Shown: positions 1-9,173, counted from the stretch's first letter. The stretch: DNA of 64,000 bases from a virus (IMGVR_UViG_3300044630_003601:1101-65100), one strand, 5' to 3'. Notes: generated by a model from the sequence alone, not told the origin. Numbers and translations are program-made.

Positions 1-303
1 ATTTGATCTACCCATAAAATGACCGCATTGTATTTCTGCTATAGTATGTTTTTTACCACAGGTATAACATTCTACCATACCTGTTTTATCTGCATATTTA
101 TTTCTTAAATACTGGCTAAATACATGATCAAGATCTGAAACTAAATTCTGAAAACTTTCTGAATCATCTTCAAACTCTTCCATTCTTTTTTGTGTAGAAA
201 CTACCGTAGCACATTGCTTGCACATCTTTTTAGAAAAATGATAATCAATATTGCCGCAGCTAACGCACCTTTTCTTTTTCACTATTATTGTTGAATTTCT
301 CAT
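1..303 (-). CDS. ninG: NinG/Rap-family recombination endonuclease (3' end runs off the window)
   Basis: Not in the ORF track; translated by hand: MRNSTIIVKKKRCVSCG...CKQC...LDHVFSQYLRNKYAD...ECYTCG...IQCGHFMGRS, matching the NinG pattern LDxxFSxYxR..CxxCG..CGHF. Confidence 0.8.
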   Translation of the reverse strand, partial: MRNSTIIVKKKRCVSCGNIDYHFSKKMCKQCATVVSTQKRMEEFEDDSESFQNLVSDLDHVFSQYLRNKYADKTGMVECYTCGKKHTIAEIQCGHFMGRSN

Positions 304-430
304 CTTCTTTTAGTTTATGTAGTTTATCGTTTATGAACCTAAATTTACCTATGTATTCACCTTTTTTTGTTACTTCAATTACCATGTCTAATCTCTTAGC
401 CATTTCATAAATCAAATCCCTATTCTCCAT
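260..430 (-). CDS. small hypothetical protein (56 aa)
   Basis: Hand-translated MENRDLIYEMAKRLDMVIEVTKKGEYIGKFRFI...; overlaps both neighbours in operon fashion. Confidence 0.45.
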   Translation of the reverse strand: MENRDLIYEMAKRLDMVIEVTKKGEYIGKFRFINDKLHKLKEDEKFNNNSEKEKVR

Positions 431-695
431 ACTTCTCTTTTAAACTTTGTATCATATGCCAATCTCTTATTTCTTCTTCAGACATTTTATAAAATCCATC
501 ATCTTCATCTGCTTTTATATCTTCTTTTTGTTCTGATTTGGTAAAATCCCCAAACCAAATTGCTCTTTCTAATCTATCTTTGTGTTGCTCTCTTTTAATT
601 ATAACTAATGATTCAAAAGTATTAGGGCTATTACATACCATACTTAATTCCATCCTTAGTCTTTCGTTTTCTTTAATTAATTCTGACTTTAACAT
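420..695 (-). CDS. hypothetical phage protein
   Basis: ORF track; tightly packed leftward operon. Confidence 0.6.
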   Translation of the reverse strand: MLKSELIKENERLRMELSMVCNSPNTFESLVIIKREQHKDRLERAIWFGDFTKSEQKEDIKADEDDGFYKMSEEEIRDWHMIQSLKEKYGE

Positions 696-698
696 AGG

Positions 699-935
699 TT
701 ATTTGTTTTGGTTTAGTAATGCTATAACTCTTTCTTGAAGTTCTATAAATTCAATTTCTGTATGTGGAGCATTAAAACATTCAAATTTTATTTCACCACC
801 TGTAAACTGGTCTTTAACAATTATAATACGGTAATCATCATAAAATCCCATTTTATTTAATGACTCTGCTGCTTCGCTCAAATGTTTTTGTTCTGCTGTA
901 TCAGGAAATCTTACTATAAAAATTGGTTTACTCAT
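699..935 (-). CDS. hypothetical phage protein
   Basis: ORF track; 3-nt spacing to neighbours. Confidence 0.65.
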   Translation of the reverse strand: MSKPIFIVRFPDTAEQKHLSEAAESLNKMGFYDDYRIIIVKDQFTGGEIKFECFNAPHTEIEFIELQERVIALLNQNK

Positions 936-938
936 AAG

Positions 939-1193
939 TTATTTATTTTGGTTATAGGTTTGGTTGTAGTATTCTAATGCTTCTTCTTTTAATTCATTAT
1001 AATCCCATTCTATTACATTCCCTTCTTGCTCTAAACCATTTTTCATTAACATTACATGAAAATCTATTATCTGCTCTTTTTCTTTAGCAAGTAACTCTTG
1101 AGCCTTTTGCATAATCTCGTAACCTTCTGATGTCTTATCGTATTGTGGCCTTTCGTTAAACCACTGCATCAATTCTTGCATTGCTGTTTTCAT
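939..1193 (-). CDS. hypothetical phage protein (MKTAMQEL...EKEQII...YYNQTY type)
   Basis: Motif pattern I associate with small Bacteroidota-phage proteins; first gene after the leftward promoter. Confidence 0.7.
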   Translation of the reverse strand: MKTAMQELMQWFNERPQYDKTSEGYEIMQKAQELLAKEKEQIIDFHVMLMKNGLEQEGNVIEWDYNELKEEALEYYNQTYNQNK

Positions 1194-1206
1194 AGTAACA
1201 TTTTAA

Positions 1207-1214
1207 CAAAGATA
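1207..1214 (-). promoter_or_regulatory. Bacteroidota -7 promoter box TATCTTTG (leftward)
   Basis: Matches TAnnTTTG, 13 nt upstream of the ATG at 1193, and abuts the 16-bp motif at 1213-1228. Confidence 0.65.
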
Positions 1215-1318
1215 ATTAATTTAATTAAACCACAAAATAAATTTTAAAAAATAATTGGGGAAAAATATTTTTTTATTCAAATAAAACTTCTTTACTTTGT
1301 TCTTCAACCAAAATTTTT

Positions 1319-1516
1319 ATGAAAAAACAAAATGTAAAAGACCTTATCTTGCTACACCTAGAGCAAGAAGAAAGGCCACTAGCTTGGCTTGCACGAAAAT
1401 CAGGAGTACCATATGGGACATTGTACGGAATCTTAATTCATAGGATTATGAATATTTCAGATGAAAATCTAGAAAAGATAAACAAGGCAATGGGAACTGA
1501 TTTTACTAACGATTAA
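1319..1516 (+). CDS. Cro/XRE-like HTH transcriptional regulator
   Basis: 65 aa with LAWLARKSGVPYGTLYGIL helix-turn-helix; divergent position ahead of the replication genes. Confidence 0.75.
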   Translation: MKKQNVKDLILLHLEQEERPLAWLARKSGVPYGTLYGILIHRIMNISDENLEKINKAMGTDFTND

Positions 1517-1526
1517 TTATAAAAAA

Positions 1527-2309
1527 ATGGCTCGCCCTAAAAAGAATTATTGCGATTACTTCCCTCACGATAGGGATATGAGAAACCATAGAAAGGTTAA
1601 AGCCATTCGTACAAAGTTTGGACCGATAGGTTATGCTATTTGGTCAATGACTTTAGAATACTTAACTGGCATAGATGGTAATGAATTTGAGTATTCTGAT
1701 GTAGAATTTGAACTTATGGCAGGTGATTTCGGAGTTTCTGCTCCAGAAATTCAACAAATGGTTGATTATTGTATCAAATTGGGTATGTTATTTCTAAATG
1801 AAGGGTTTATTCACTCGGAATCACTTGATGAAAGGTTAAAACCTGTATATGAAAAAAGAGGTGATTTAAAACGTAAAAGTGAACAACAACCACGAGTGAA
1901 CGGTAAATTTGTAAATAATAATACCGCAATTGACGGAGTTTCTGCTCCAGAAAGTACGCAAACTAAAAGAAAAGAAACTAAACTAAATAAAACTATTAAT
2001 ATACCGTTTGATTCTTTTTGGGATTTGTATGACAAGAAAACTGGTGAAAAGGGGAAATTGTTAGATAAGTGGGAAAGGCTATCTGATTCTGATAGAAATT
2101 TAATTATGGAATACATTCCAAAATACAAAATTGCTCAACCAGATAAAAAGTTTAGAAAAGATCCACAAACATTTTTAAATAACAAATCTTGGAATGATGA
2201 ATTGATAGGTTTAGTAAATTCGCCACAAACACCAAAAAATAACTCACATTTATACCAAGATGCAGATTTTATAAAATACAAAACAAGAGTTGAACAACTA
2301 AACAAATAA
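1527..2309 (+). CDS. phage replication initiator/replisome organiser (DUF4373/Lin1244-like N-terminus)
   Basis: N-term MARPKK..DYFPHD..R...KV..IR.KFG..GY; C-term FDSFWDLY.KK...DPQTFLNNKSWNDE; directly upstream of the primase-helicase. Confidence 0.75.
   Translation: MARPKKNYCDYFPHDRDMRNHRKVKAIRTKFGPIGYAIWSMTLEYLTGIDGNEFEYSDVEFELMAGDFGVSAPEIQQMVDYCIKLGMLFLNEGFIHSESLDERLKPVYEKRGDLKRKSEQQPRVNGKFVNNNTAIDGVSAPESTQTKRKETKLNKTINIPFDSFWDLYDKKTGEKGKLLDKWERLSDSDRNLIMEYIPKYKIAQPDKKFRKDPQTFLNNKSWNDELIGLVNSPQTPKNNSHLYQDADFIKYKTRVEQLNK
1730..1953. repeat. 20-bp direct repeat CGGAGTTTCTGCTCCAGAAA (1730-1749, 1934-1953)
   Basis: Two exact copies, each containing the dyad TTTCTG-CTC-CAGAAA. Confidence 0.85.
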
Positions 2310-2312
2310 ACG

Positions 2313-4178
2313 ATGCAAGTTACTATTTTTAAAAACATTTTTAGCAAGGAACCACATTTTATAACCGTTGATAAGGCACTTGAAAGAATTAAGTTAGGCG
2401 CAAGTAAAGCTTTGGTTTTAGACATTAGGTTAGCTTTGGATAAGGAAAAAGCTAATAAGCTAAAGCTAAATTTACCCTCAATTTGCTTTAGCGGTAAGTT
2501 TGGAGCAGATAGGAAGGATGAGCAATTGGTTGCTCACAGTGGGTTTATAGTTTTAGATTTTGATGATATTTCTGATTTAAGGGATAAGCAAACAGAAATC
2601 ATTCAAAAGGATTTTGTGTATGCTTGTTGGGTTAGCCCTTCGGGTAATGGGTTAAAAGCTTTGGTTAAAATAGCAGAAGGTAAAAAGCATAGAGAGCATT
2701 TTCAGTCACTACAAGAGGTTTTTCCAGAAATTGACCGAAGTGGAATTAATGTAAGCAGGGTTTGTTATGAAAGTTTTGATCCCGATATTTACATCAACGA
2801 TAATGCTGCGGTTTTTACCAAAGCTAAAAAAATAGAAAAAGTTGTAGTCAATGAAATTGAAACAATTGACGATTCTGAAAACTTTCGTAGAATACTCAAG
2901 TGGCTTACGAATAAAAACGATGCTTTTGTTACCGGAGAACGAAATACTTACATTTTTAAGTTGGCATCTGCGTGTTGTAGGTTTGGAATCAACGAGGAGG
3001 CCGCATTAAGCCTCATTTCAGCCGAGTATTTAGTTAGTAATGACTTTACCATGTCTGAGATGAGAAGCGCCGTAAAGAGCGGATATAGGGCAAATAGGGC
3101 TATTGCTGGTTCGGCTATCTTACAAAAGGAGAAGTTGGTTAATAAAACCACTAATTACGAGATTGATGTTAAGAAGGAATTTGTAGATGAAAAAGGGGAT
3201 AATTACAGGGTTGAAGATGTGGTATATGGCATAGATGTAAAGGATAAAGCTTTGCTTATTAACCAAAATGGTTTTGATAAGGTTATGGGTGTAGGAGTGC
3301 CAGAGCTTGATCATATTTTTAAGCCTAAAAGGGGTGAGATTACATTGCTTACCGGTATTGGTAACTACGGTAAAACAGCTTGGCAAAAGTCACAATTGCT
3401 AAGTAGAATTATCATGTATGGCGAAAAGATTGCTACATTTTCTCCAGAAGATACGCCTGCGGAAGAGTATTTCCATGACTTTGTTGAAATGCTTTTAGGT
3501 TGTGAGTGTACTCCGTTCAACCCAAATAGACCTGCTAATGATATTTACGAGGCGGCATACGATTATATTTCTAAGCATATTTTCTATATTAGCGCAGAGA
3601 TGCTTTCGCCTACCCCGCAGTATATCAAAGAGAAGTTTTTGGAATTGATTGTGCAAGAGAAGGTTGACTTTTGTTGTATTGATCCATTTAACCAAATGAC
3701 CAATGATTACAAAGGTTTTGGTGGTAGAACTGATAAGTATTTGGAAACATTATTAGCTGACTTTTCAAGATTTGCGAAGAAGAATGATGTATATTTTTGG
3801 GTTATTGCCCATCCAAAATTAATGGAAAGGGATAGGAGTGGTAACTACAAATGTCCTGATGTATTTGATATAAATGATGGTGCTATGTGGAACAATAAAA
3901 TGGACAATATTACCGTTTACCATAGACCATTTGCACAGACAGATCCAAAAAGTCCTGTAGCAGAATTTCATTCTAAGAAAATTAAAAAGAAAAGTGTTGG
4001 TAGAAAAGGATTTGTAATGATTGAGTATATTTGGGATAGAAGAAGATTTTTTATAGAGGGAAGGGATTTTATACAAGAGATGTTGAATAAAAAAGGACTT
4101 GATTTTTGGAAAAGAAAAGAAGCTAATCAATCATGGCTTCCATACAAAGATGAAGAAGGTGGAGAAGTAATATTTTAA
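2313..4178 (+). CDS. primase-helicase fusion: BT4734/VirE-N AEP-like domain + PriCT-like + SF4 (T7 gp4/Twinkle-like) helicase
   Basis: K.NLPSICFSGKF...HSGFIVLDFD...WVSPSGNGLKALV...D.SG.NVSRVCYES.DP; GERN..IF.LA; Walker A TGIGNYGKT; IDPFN; VIAHPK; DINDGAMW.NKMDN. Confidence 0.8.
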   Translation: MQVTIFKNIFSKEPHFITVDKALERIKLGASKALVLDIRLALDKEKANKLKLNLPSICFSGKFGADRKDEQLVAHSGFIVLDFDDISDLRDKQTEIIQKDFVYACWVSPSGNGLKALVKIAEGKKHREHFQSLQEVFPEIDRSGINVSRVCYESFDPDIYINDNAAVFTKAKKIEKVVVNEIETIDDSENFRRILKWLTNKNDAFVTGERNTYIFKLASACCRFGINEEAALSLISAEYLVSNDFTMSEMRSAVKSGYRANRAIAGSAILQKEKLVNKTTNYEIDVKKEFVDEKGDNYRVEDVVYGIDVKDKALLINQNGFDKVMGVGVPELDHIFKPKRGEITLLTGIGNYGKTAWQKSQLLSRIIMYGEKIATFSPEDTPAEEYFHDFVEMLLGCECTPFNPNRPANDIYEAAYDYISKHIFYISAEMLSPTPQYIKEKFLELIVQEKVDFCCIDPFNQMTNDYKGFGGRTDKYLETLLADFSRFAKKNDVYFWVIAHPKLMERDRSGNYKCPDVFDINDGAMWNNKMDNITVYHRPFAQTDPKSPVAEFHSKKIKKKSVGRKGFVMIEYIWDRRRFFIEGRDFIQEMLNKKGLDFWKRKEANQSWLPYKDEEGGEVIF

Positions 4179-4196
4179 TAATAAAAAACAAACACA

Positions 4197-4535
4197 ATGA
4201 TCAGAATTAGCGTAATCGGAAGATTAGGACAAGATGCAGTAGTTAACACAGTGAATGGTAAAACAGTGATTAATTTTTCAATGGCTTACAGCGAAAAGTT
4301 TAAAAACCAACAAGGTGAAGATGTAGATAAGACTACATGGGTTTCATGTGCTTATTGGACAGACAAATTAAATGTATCTAACTACTTAAAAAAAGGTACA
4401 ATGATTTACATGGAAGGTAAGCCAGAAGCAAAGACTTACAATAACGATAAAACAAAAGAAGTGATTGCGCAGTTGCATGCTAGAGTTACATCTTTACAGC
4501 TTTTATCAGCAAAACAAGACGAAAATAATGCATAA
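4197..4535 (+). CDS. ssb: single-stranded DNA-binding protein
   Basis: VIGRLGQDA...FSMAYSEK...TTWVSCAYW...YLKKG..IYMEGK OB-fold signature. Confidence 0.92.
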   Translation: MIRISVIGRLGQDAVVNTVNGKTVINFSMAYSEKFKNQQGEDVDKTTWVSCAYWTDKLNVSNYLKKGTMIYMEGKPEAKTYNNDKTKEVIAQLHARVTSLQLLSAKQDENNA

Positions 4536-4756
4536 TGTATATTCACGAATTAATAAACCCTATAGAAGTTGAAACACCACTTGGACGCGGAAAAGCAATC
4601 GCATGGATTGACTACGGAACAGAAGTCAACACTGTTTGGAAAGTCGTATTTTACCACAATGGTATGGTGCGGAACTTTTACGATAAAGACATACTCATCT
4701 ACCCCAATAAAATGGACGGTGGGGACATAGATTTAAAGTATTTTAAAACCCAATAA
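4535..4756 (+). CDS. hypothetical phage protein
   Basis: TAATG stop-start coupling with ssb; PIEVETPLGRGKAIAWIDYG. Confidence 0.7.
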   Translation: MYIHELINPIEVETPLGRGKAIAWIDYGTEVNTVWKVVFYHNGMVRNFYDKDILIYPNKMDGGDIDLKYFKTQ

Positions 4757-4757
4757 T

Positions 4758-5030
4758 ATGCAACAAGAATTAGTATTTGACGGAACTGATTATGTTCATG
4801 AAAGAGATGGCAAAAGATTAGCTAAGAATCATTTTAAATTAAAAGAACTTATGCAAGATCAAAGGTTTAGAACCCTTAGTGAAATTTCTGCTATTACTCA
4901 TATTCCAGAAGCATCAGTATCGGCAGGCTTGCGTGATTTTAGGAAAGAAAAGTTTGGTAGGCATACCCTAAATAAAAATTATTTAGAAAATGGCTTATAT
5001 TCGTACCAATTAATCCTAAATAACACATAA
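4758..5030 (+). CDS. putative winged-HTH protein
   Basis: RTLSEISAITHIPEASVSAGLRDFRK HTH-like segment. Confidence 0.6.
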   Translation: MQQELVFDGTDYVHERDGKRLAKNHFKLKELMQDQRFRTLSEISAITHIPEASVSAGLRDFRKEKFGRHTLNKNYLENGLYSYQLILNNT

Positions 5031-5031
5031 A

Positions 5032-5154
5032 ATGGCAAAAGTTAAAACAGATTCAAGAAAGGTAACATTTGGAAGTAGAAAAACAGGCAGCGCAAAGAAA
5101 TCGTATAACAAACATTCTCCAAAACCCAAGCAATACAGGGGTCAGGGGAGATAA
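5032..5154 (+). CDS. small basic protein ending YRGQGR (40 aa)
   Basis: Hand-translated MAKVKTDSRKVTFGSRKTGSAKKSYNKHSPKPKQYRGQGR; starts 1 nt after the previous stop. Confidence 0.6.
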   Translation: MAKVKTDSRKVTFGSRKTGSAKKSYNKHSPKPKQYRGQGR

Positions 5155-5163
5155 ATTCAATTT

Positions 5164-5304
5164 ATGAATAACAAAGCAGCTAAAAAATTAAGAAGATTAT
5201 CGGTATTCATGGCATCAGGTGCTGGCAAAACATTAGAAGATGCTAAAAGAATATATAAAAACCTAAAGGCAGTACATAAAGAAAATAAAAAAGCCCCTCG
5301 TTAA
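5164..5304 (+). CDS. small basic hypothetical protein (46 aa)
   Basis: Hand-translated MNNKAAKKLRRLSVFMASGAGKTLEDAKRIYKNLKAVHKENKKAPR; ends in the terminator. Confidence 0.5.
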   Translation: MNNKAAKKLRRLSVFMASGAGKTLEDAKRIYKNLKAVHKENKKAPR

Positions 5305-5318
5305 AAAGGGGCTAATTT
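5287..5318. terminator. intrinsic terminator between convergent operons
   Basis: AGCCCCT(5292-98)...AGGGGCT(5307-13) stem; A6 on the left gives the U-tract for the minus strand. Confidence 0.75.
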
Positions 5319-5333
5319 ACGTTTTTTTTAAGA

Positions 5334-5597
5334 CTAAGCGTTTGCTGCTGCATTAATTGTTGCTACAGAAGCATCCGTATAAAATAATACGGGTACTTGG
5401 TTTAAACCAGTAGGTGCTACTTCAACGATTGAGTTCATAGTTACTCCATTAGCCACTGTATTAGCAGGACATGGGTAAGCCGCAAATGTGTTTACTGGGA
5501 ATCCGTATGCAATACCAGAAGTTGCAGGAGTTCCGTTAGGGTTTAATAAAGCATATTGGTTTCTTTGATATGCTGTAATTGATACTATACTTGCCAT
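5334..5597 (-). CDS. putative small virion/decoration protein, paralogue A
   Basis: Paralogous to 5634..5963 (RNQY.L.NPNGTPAT.G...VANGV.MNS...P.GLNQ); Ala/Thr/Val/Asn-rich. Confidence 0.65.
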   Translation of the reverse strand: MASIVSITAYQRNQYALLNPNGTPATSGIAYGFPVNTFAAYPCPANTVANGVTMNSIVEVAPTGLNQVPVLFYTDASVATINAAANA

Positions 5598-5633
5598 TTT
5601 TTAATGTTTTTAATTGTTTTTAAATTTTTTGAA

Positions 5634-5963
5634 TTAAGCTGCTGTTGTAGTAGTAGTTGAAGGAGCCGCAGTTGTGGTTGTTGTACTAGTTGTAGTATAA
5701 GATCCACCGCCATTAATTGCTGAAATTAAAGTAGCAACTGATGCAGCGCTATATAATTTTTCAGCAGGTTGATTAAGACCACTAGGATACATAAGAATCA
5801 ATGAATTCATTTGTACGCCATTTGCTACTACTGTAGTAGGTTGAACTTGTAAATTAACGGTTGGTAATGAAAATAATACACCGTTAGTTGCAGGGGTTCC
5901 GTTAGGGTTTGTTAAATCGTATTGGTTTCTACGATAAACATAAACTGATAAATGATTTGCCAT
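5634..5963 (-). CDS. putative small virion/decoration protein, paralogue B, with poly-Thr tail
   Basis: Paralogue of the previous gene plus C-terminal TTTSTTTTTAAPSTTTTTAA. Confidence 0.65.
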   Translation of the reverse strand: MANHLSVYVYRRNQYDLTNPNGTPATNGVLFSLPTVNLQVQPTTVVANGVQMNSLILMYPSGLNQPAEKLYSAASVATLISAINGGGSYTTTSTTTTTAAPSTTTTTAA

Positions 5964-6006
5964 TTTTTAATTGTTTTTTTTGTTATAAATTTTTTTTTGG
6001 GCAATA

Positions 6007-6014
6007 CAAATATA
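6007..6014 (-). promoter_or_regulatory. -7 box TATATTTG driving the 5963/5597 pair
   Basis: Same octamer as found upstream of the late modules. Confidence 0.65.
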
Positions 6015-6067
6015 ATAAATTTTGGTAGATATAAAAAATCGTGTAATTTTAATTAAATTAATTAATT

Positions 6068-6733
6068 ATGAAATTGAAAGCTCCAAGTAATAGAGTAATC
6101 ATCAAGGTTGATTTAGAAAGCAAAAACAGCCATACATTTAAAGATGGCACAAAGATTAAATTAGAAAGAGTATATGATAATTTTAATATGCGTTATGTTA
6201 AGCCGGTTAATGCCGAAGTAGTTGATGCTGATGGAATACCTGTTGGATCTGAAATATTGATTCATCATAATGCTACCCATGATACTTATAAAATATTTAA
6301 TTACCAAAGACCAACAGCCGAAGCATCTTCTGATATGCAATATTTCTCAATACCAATTGAAGAGTGTTTTATGTGGAGAAGCGAAAAAGGTTCCACATGG
6401 AACGCTTTGAATAATTTTATTACTGGATTGAGGATTTTTGAGCCATACACAGGTTTTTTGCAAGGAGTTGAGCCTACTCTAATTAAAAATAAGATTTATG
6501 TTACAAGTGGTGATTTGGCTGGGAATGTTGTAGGTACTGTAATATCAAGCGATTATGAAATTATTTACCAAAATGATGACGGAACAGAAGGTAAGATTAT
6601 AAGATTGAGATATTATCCAGAAGGTAATGATAGAAACGAAGTGATTTCGGTTGAGCATGAAATGACCGATAAGGTAGTAAAGGGTGATTTATTGGTTGGT
6701 TATAATATTTCAGATGCTAAAAAACTAAATTAA
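6068..6733 (+). CDS. divergent (possibly tandem) GroES-like domain protein
   Basis: MKLKAPSNRVIIKV resembles the GroES start MKLKPLxDRVxxK; ...AEVV...G..ILIHHN; a second similar unit starts at WNALNNFI. Confidence 0.55.
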   Translation: MKLKAPSNRVIIKVDLESKNSHTFKDGTKIKLERVYDNFNMRYVKPVNAEVVDADGIPVGSEILIHHNATHDTYKIFNYQRPTAEASSDMQYFSIPIEECFMWRSEKGSTWNALNNFITGLRIFEPYTGFLQGVEPTLIKNKIYVTSGDLAGNVVGTVISSDYEIIYQNDDGTEGKIIRLRYYPEGNDRNEVISVEHEMTDKVVKGDLLVGYNISDAKKLN

Positions 6734-7122
6734 TGTCAGCAGAATTAGAATCTAAAATAAAAGATTTAGAAAAGCAAATTGCGTATTTGCAAGGTAAAAA
6801 TGCTTATTATGAGCAAGACGGTATAGGGAAATTATATCATGCTCTCAATAGAAAGGCAAACGAAATGGCTGAATTGTTAAATAAAACAAGTCTTACGGCT
6901 ATTGATATTGATGATCCTAAAATTAAAACATTTGAAAGGCTTCAGAAAATATGGGTGGATGCCGGCACAATTTCATCATCAATAAAGGCTTTGGAAGTGC
7001 TTGCAGGAATTAACCAAGAAGTGAAAGAAGATAAAAAGGAGCAAATTCAAGTTACTAGAAAACCATTTTCTCCAGAAAATATGGCTGATGCTGTAGGTGA
7101 ATTAGCTGGCAAAAGATATTAA
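6733..7122 (+). CDS. putative terminase small subunit
   Basis: Helical 129-aa protein immediately upstream of TerL (positional inference). Confidence 0.5.
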   Translation: MSAELESKIKDLEKQIAYLQGKNAYYEQDGIGKLYHALNRKANEMAELLNKTSLTAIDIDDPKIKTFERLQKIWVDAGTISSSIKALEVLAGINQEVKEDKKEQIQVTRKPFSPENMADAVGELAGKRY

Positions 7123-7124
7123 TT

Positions 7125-9173
7125 ATGTACGAAAAAATTGAAGGCGGAAGTGTCGTAGATATACAAGGGCTAAAGTGCAATTTGCCTCCAGAAGGTTATG
7201 TGTTTAATATAATTACAAAACAAGTAGAATTTAGGGGCGTATATAAAAGATCTGAAATTGAGTCAGACCAATATTGGAAAAGAATTTCATTGCCAGATTG
7301 GTATCAAGATACAATGAAGAAATGGGATGAATTTGATAAAAAGAAAAAAGATGACGAAGCCGAATTTTATGATGAAAGACTAGAAGAATACAAAAAACAA
7401 GAGTGGGATAGAAGATTGAATGGGTTTTGGTATATGAACAATGGCACTCCCACTTATTTAACAGGGTTGCATTATTTATATTTACAATGGTGGCCTATTG
7501 ATATTGGTTATCCTAAGTTTCGTATTCCAGATTTGGAAAAATTCTATTTTATGGACTATTGTATTCAAGATCCGTTATGTATGGGGATGCTTGAAGTAAC
7601 AAAAAGACGTTTTGGTAAATCATTTGTGGCTGGCTTATTTGTTTCTGAATACATTACTAGAACTAAAATGACAAATGGTGGTATTCAGTCTAAAACAGGT
7701 TCGGATGCTAAAAAATTCTTTGCTAAGACGGTTGTAAATCCTTTCAGAAGGCTCCCTAAGTTTTTTAGACCAGAATATGATATGTCTTTGGGTGTTAATC
7801 CTAAAACGGAGATGAGATTCCAAAAGACAAACGTAAGAGGTAAGAAAGCAGAAGATAGCGTTGACAAGGATGAATTAGGATCAATTATTGACCATCAATC
7901 GGCAGATACCGTTGCTTATGATGGACAGAAATTACATAGATATGTAGCGGACGAGTGCGGTAAAACAACAGAGGTTAATGTTTATGACAGACACGAGGTT
8001 GTGCGTTATTGTTTGCTAGATGATGAGGGTAAAATTATTGGAAAAGCTTTATATACTACAACAGTAGAAAAATTAACTACAGAAAAAGATGGGGTACAAG
8101 ACGCATTTAAGTTATTATGGGAGGAAAGTAATCAAGATAAAAGGCAAGATAATGGGACGACTTCAAGCGGTCTTTATAGATTCTTTATGTCTGCTAAACG
8201 AACTAGAAACTTTGACGACTTTGGTTTCCCTGATGAAAATAAGACTTTAGACCAAATTTTAGCAGACAGAGAAACTGTTAAAAATAATCCTAGAGCATTA
8301 TCTGCAAGGGTTAGAAAAGAGCCATTGACTATTGACGAGGCGTTTAGCACAGACTCCGATAAGTGTATTTTTAATGTAATGAACATAGGTGCTAGAGAGC
8401 AATACTTAAAAGAAAACCCCGTATTAAAAAGGCATGTTATTTTTTACCGAGATATTGATCAAACGGTAAGATGGAGAAATATTAATGATAAAGAAGAAGA
8501 TTTTCATTGGGTTATAACTCAATTCCCAAAACCGGGTGAAGAAAACAAACATACATTTGATGTTAAAACAAGAAAGCCGGGAAGGGTATCTGATGGAGCA
8601 ATAGCAATTGACGGATATAGTAATAGTCAAGGTGGTAAATATGGTTCAAAAGCTTCCGCTTGGATTGGCAGAAGATATGATTTATTAGATCCGGGTAATA
8701 CAGGAAAGGCAATAGGTCACTTGTACGGCAGACCACAAATTAAAGAAACCTTACATGAACAAGTTCTTTTAGCGGCTGAATTTTATGGCTATCAGGCATG
8801 GTATGAGCATAATAGTGATGACTATTTATCATATTTTAGAGATAGAGGAAGGGTTGGCTATCTAGGTTCTTATCCACTTTCAACAATTGATCCTTCTAAA
8901 AGAGAAACGGCAGAAAGGTTCAAGGGGTTCCCTACAACTCCGTTTAGCTTAACAAAACAGACAGATGTTGGAATTATGTATTTTGAATCTCATATTGATT
9001 CTATAGATTTTGAAAATTTGTTAGAAGATGCCAAAAAATTTGATCCAAATAACAGAACTGATTTTGACCAAACGGTATCATTTTTGATGTTAATAGTATG
9101 TCTTATGGAGCCAGTTCAAAAACAAATTAAACGAGAACCATTAGTTAGAAGCTATAAGCCAGAGTTCAATTAA
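7125..9173 (+). CDS. terL: terminase large subunit
   Basis: TKRRFGKSF Walker A, YVADECGK Walker B, C-terminal RNase H-like acidic residues (AIDGY...EHN...TDFDQTVS); followed by portal. Confidence 0.9.
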   Translation: MYEKIEGGSVVDIQGLKCNLPPEGYVFNIITKQVEFRGVYKRSEIESDQYWKRISLPDWYQDTMKKWDEFDKKKKDDEAEFYDERLEEYKKQEWDRRLNGFWYMNNGTPTYLTGLHYLYLQWWPIDIGYPKFRIPDLEKFYFMDYCIQDPLCMGMLEVTKRRFGKSFVAGLFVSEYITRTKMTNGGIQSKTGSDAKKFFAKTVVNPFRRLPKFFRPEYDMSLGVNPKTEMRFQKTNVRGKKAEDSVDKDELGSIIDHQSADTVAYDGQKLHRYVADECGKTTEVNVYDRHEVVRYCLLDDEGKIIGKALYTTTVEKLTTEKDGVQDAFKLLWEESNQDKRQDNGTTSSGLYRFFMSAKRTRNFDDFGFPDENKTLDQILADRETVKNNPRALSARVRKEPLTIDEAFSTDSDKCIFNVMNIGAREQYLKENPVLKRHVIFYRDIDQTVRWRNINDKEEDFHWVITQFPKPGEENKHTFDVKTRKPGRVSDGAIAIDGYSNSQGGKYGSKASAWIGRRYDLLDPGNTGKAIGHLYGRPQIKETLHEQVLLAAEFYGYQAWYEHNSDDYLSYFRDRGRVGYLGSYPLSTIDPSKRETAERFKGFPTTPFSLTKQTDVGIMYFESHIDSIDFENLLEDAKKFDPNNRTDFDQTVSFLMLIVCLMEPVQKQIKREPLVRSYKPEFN

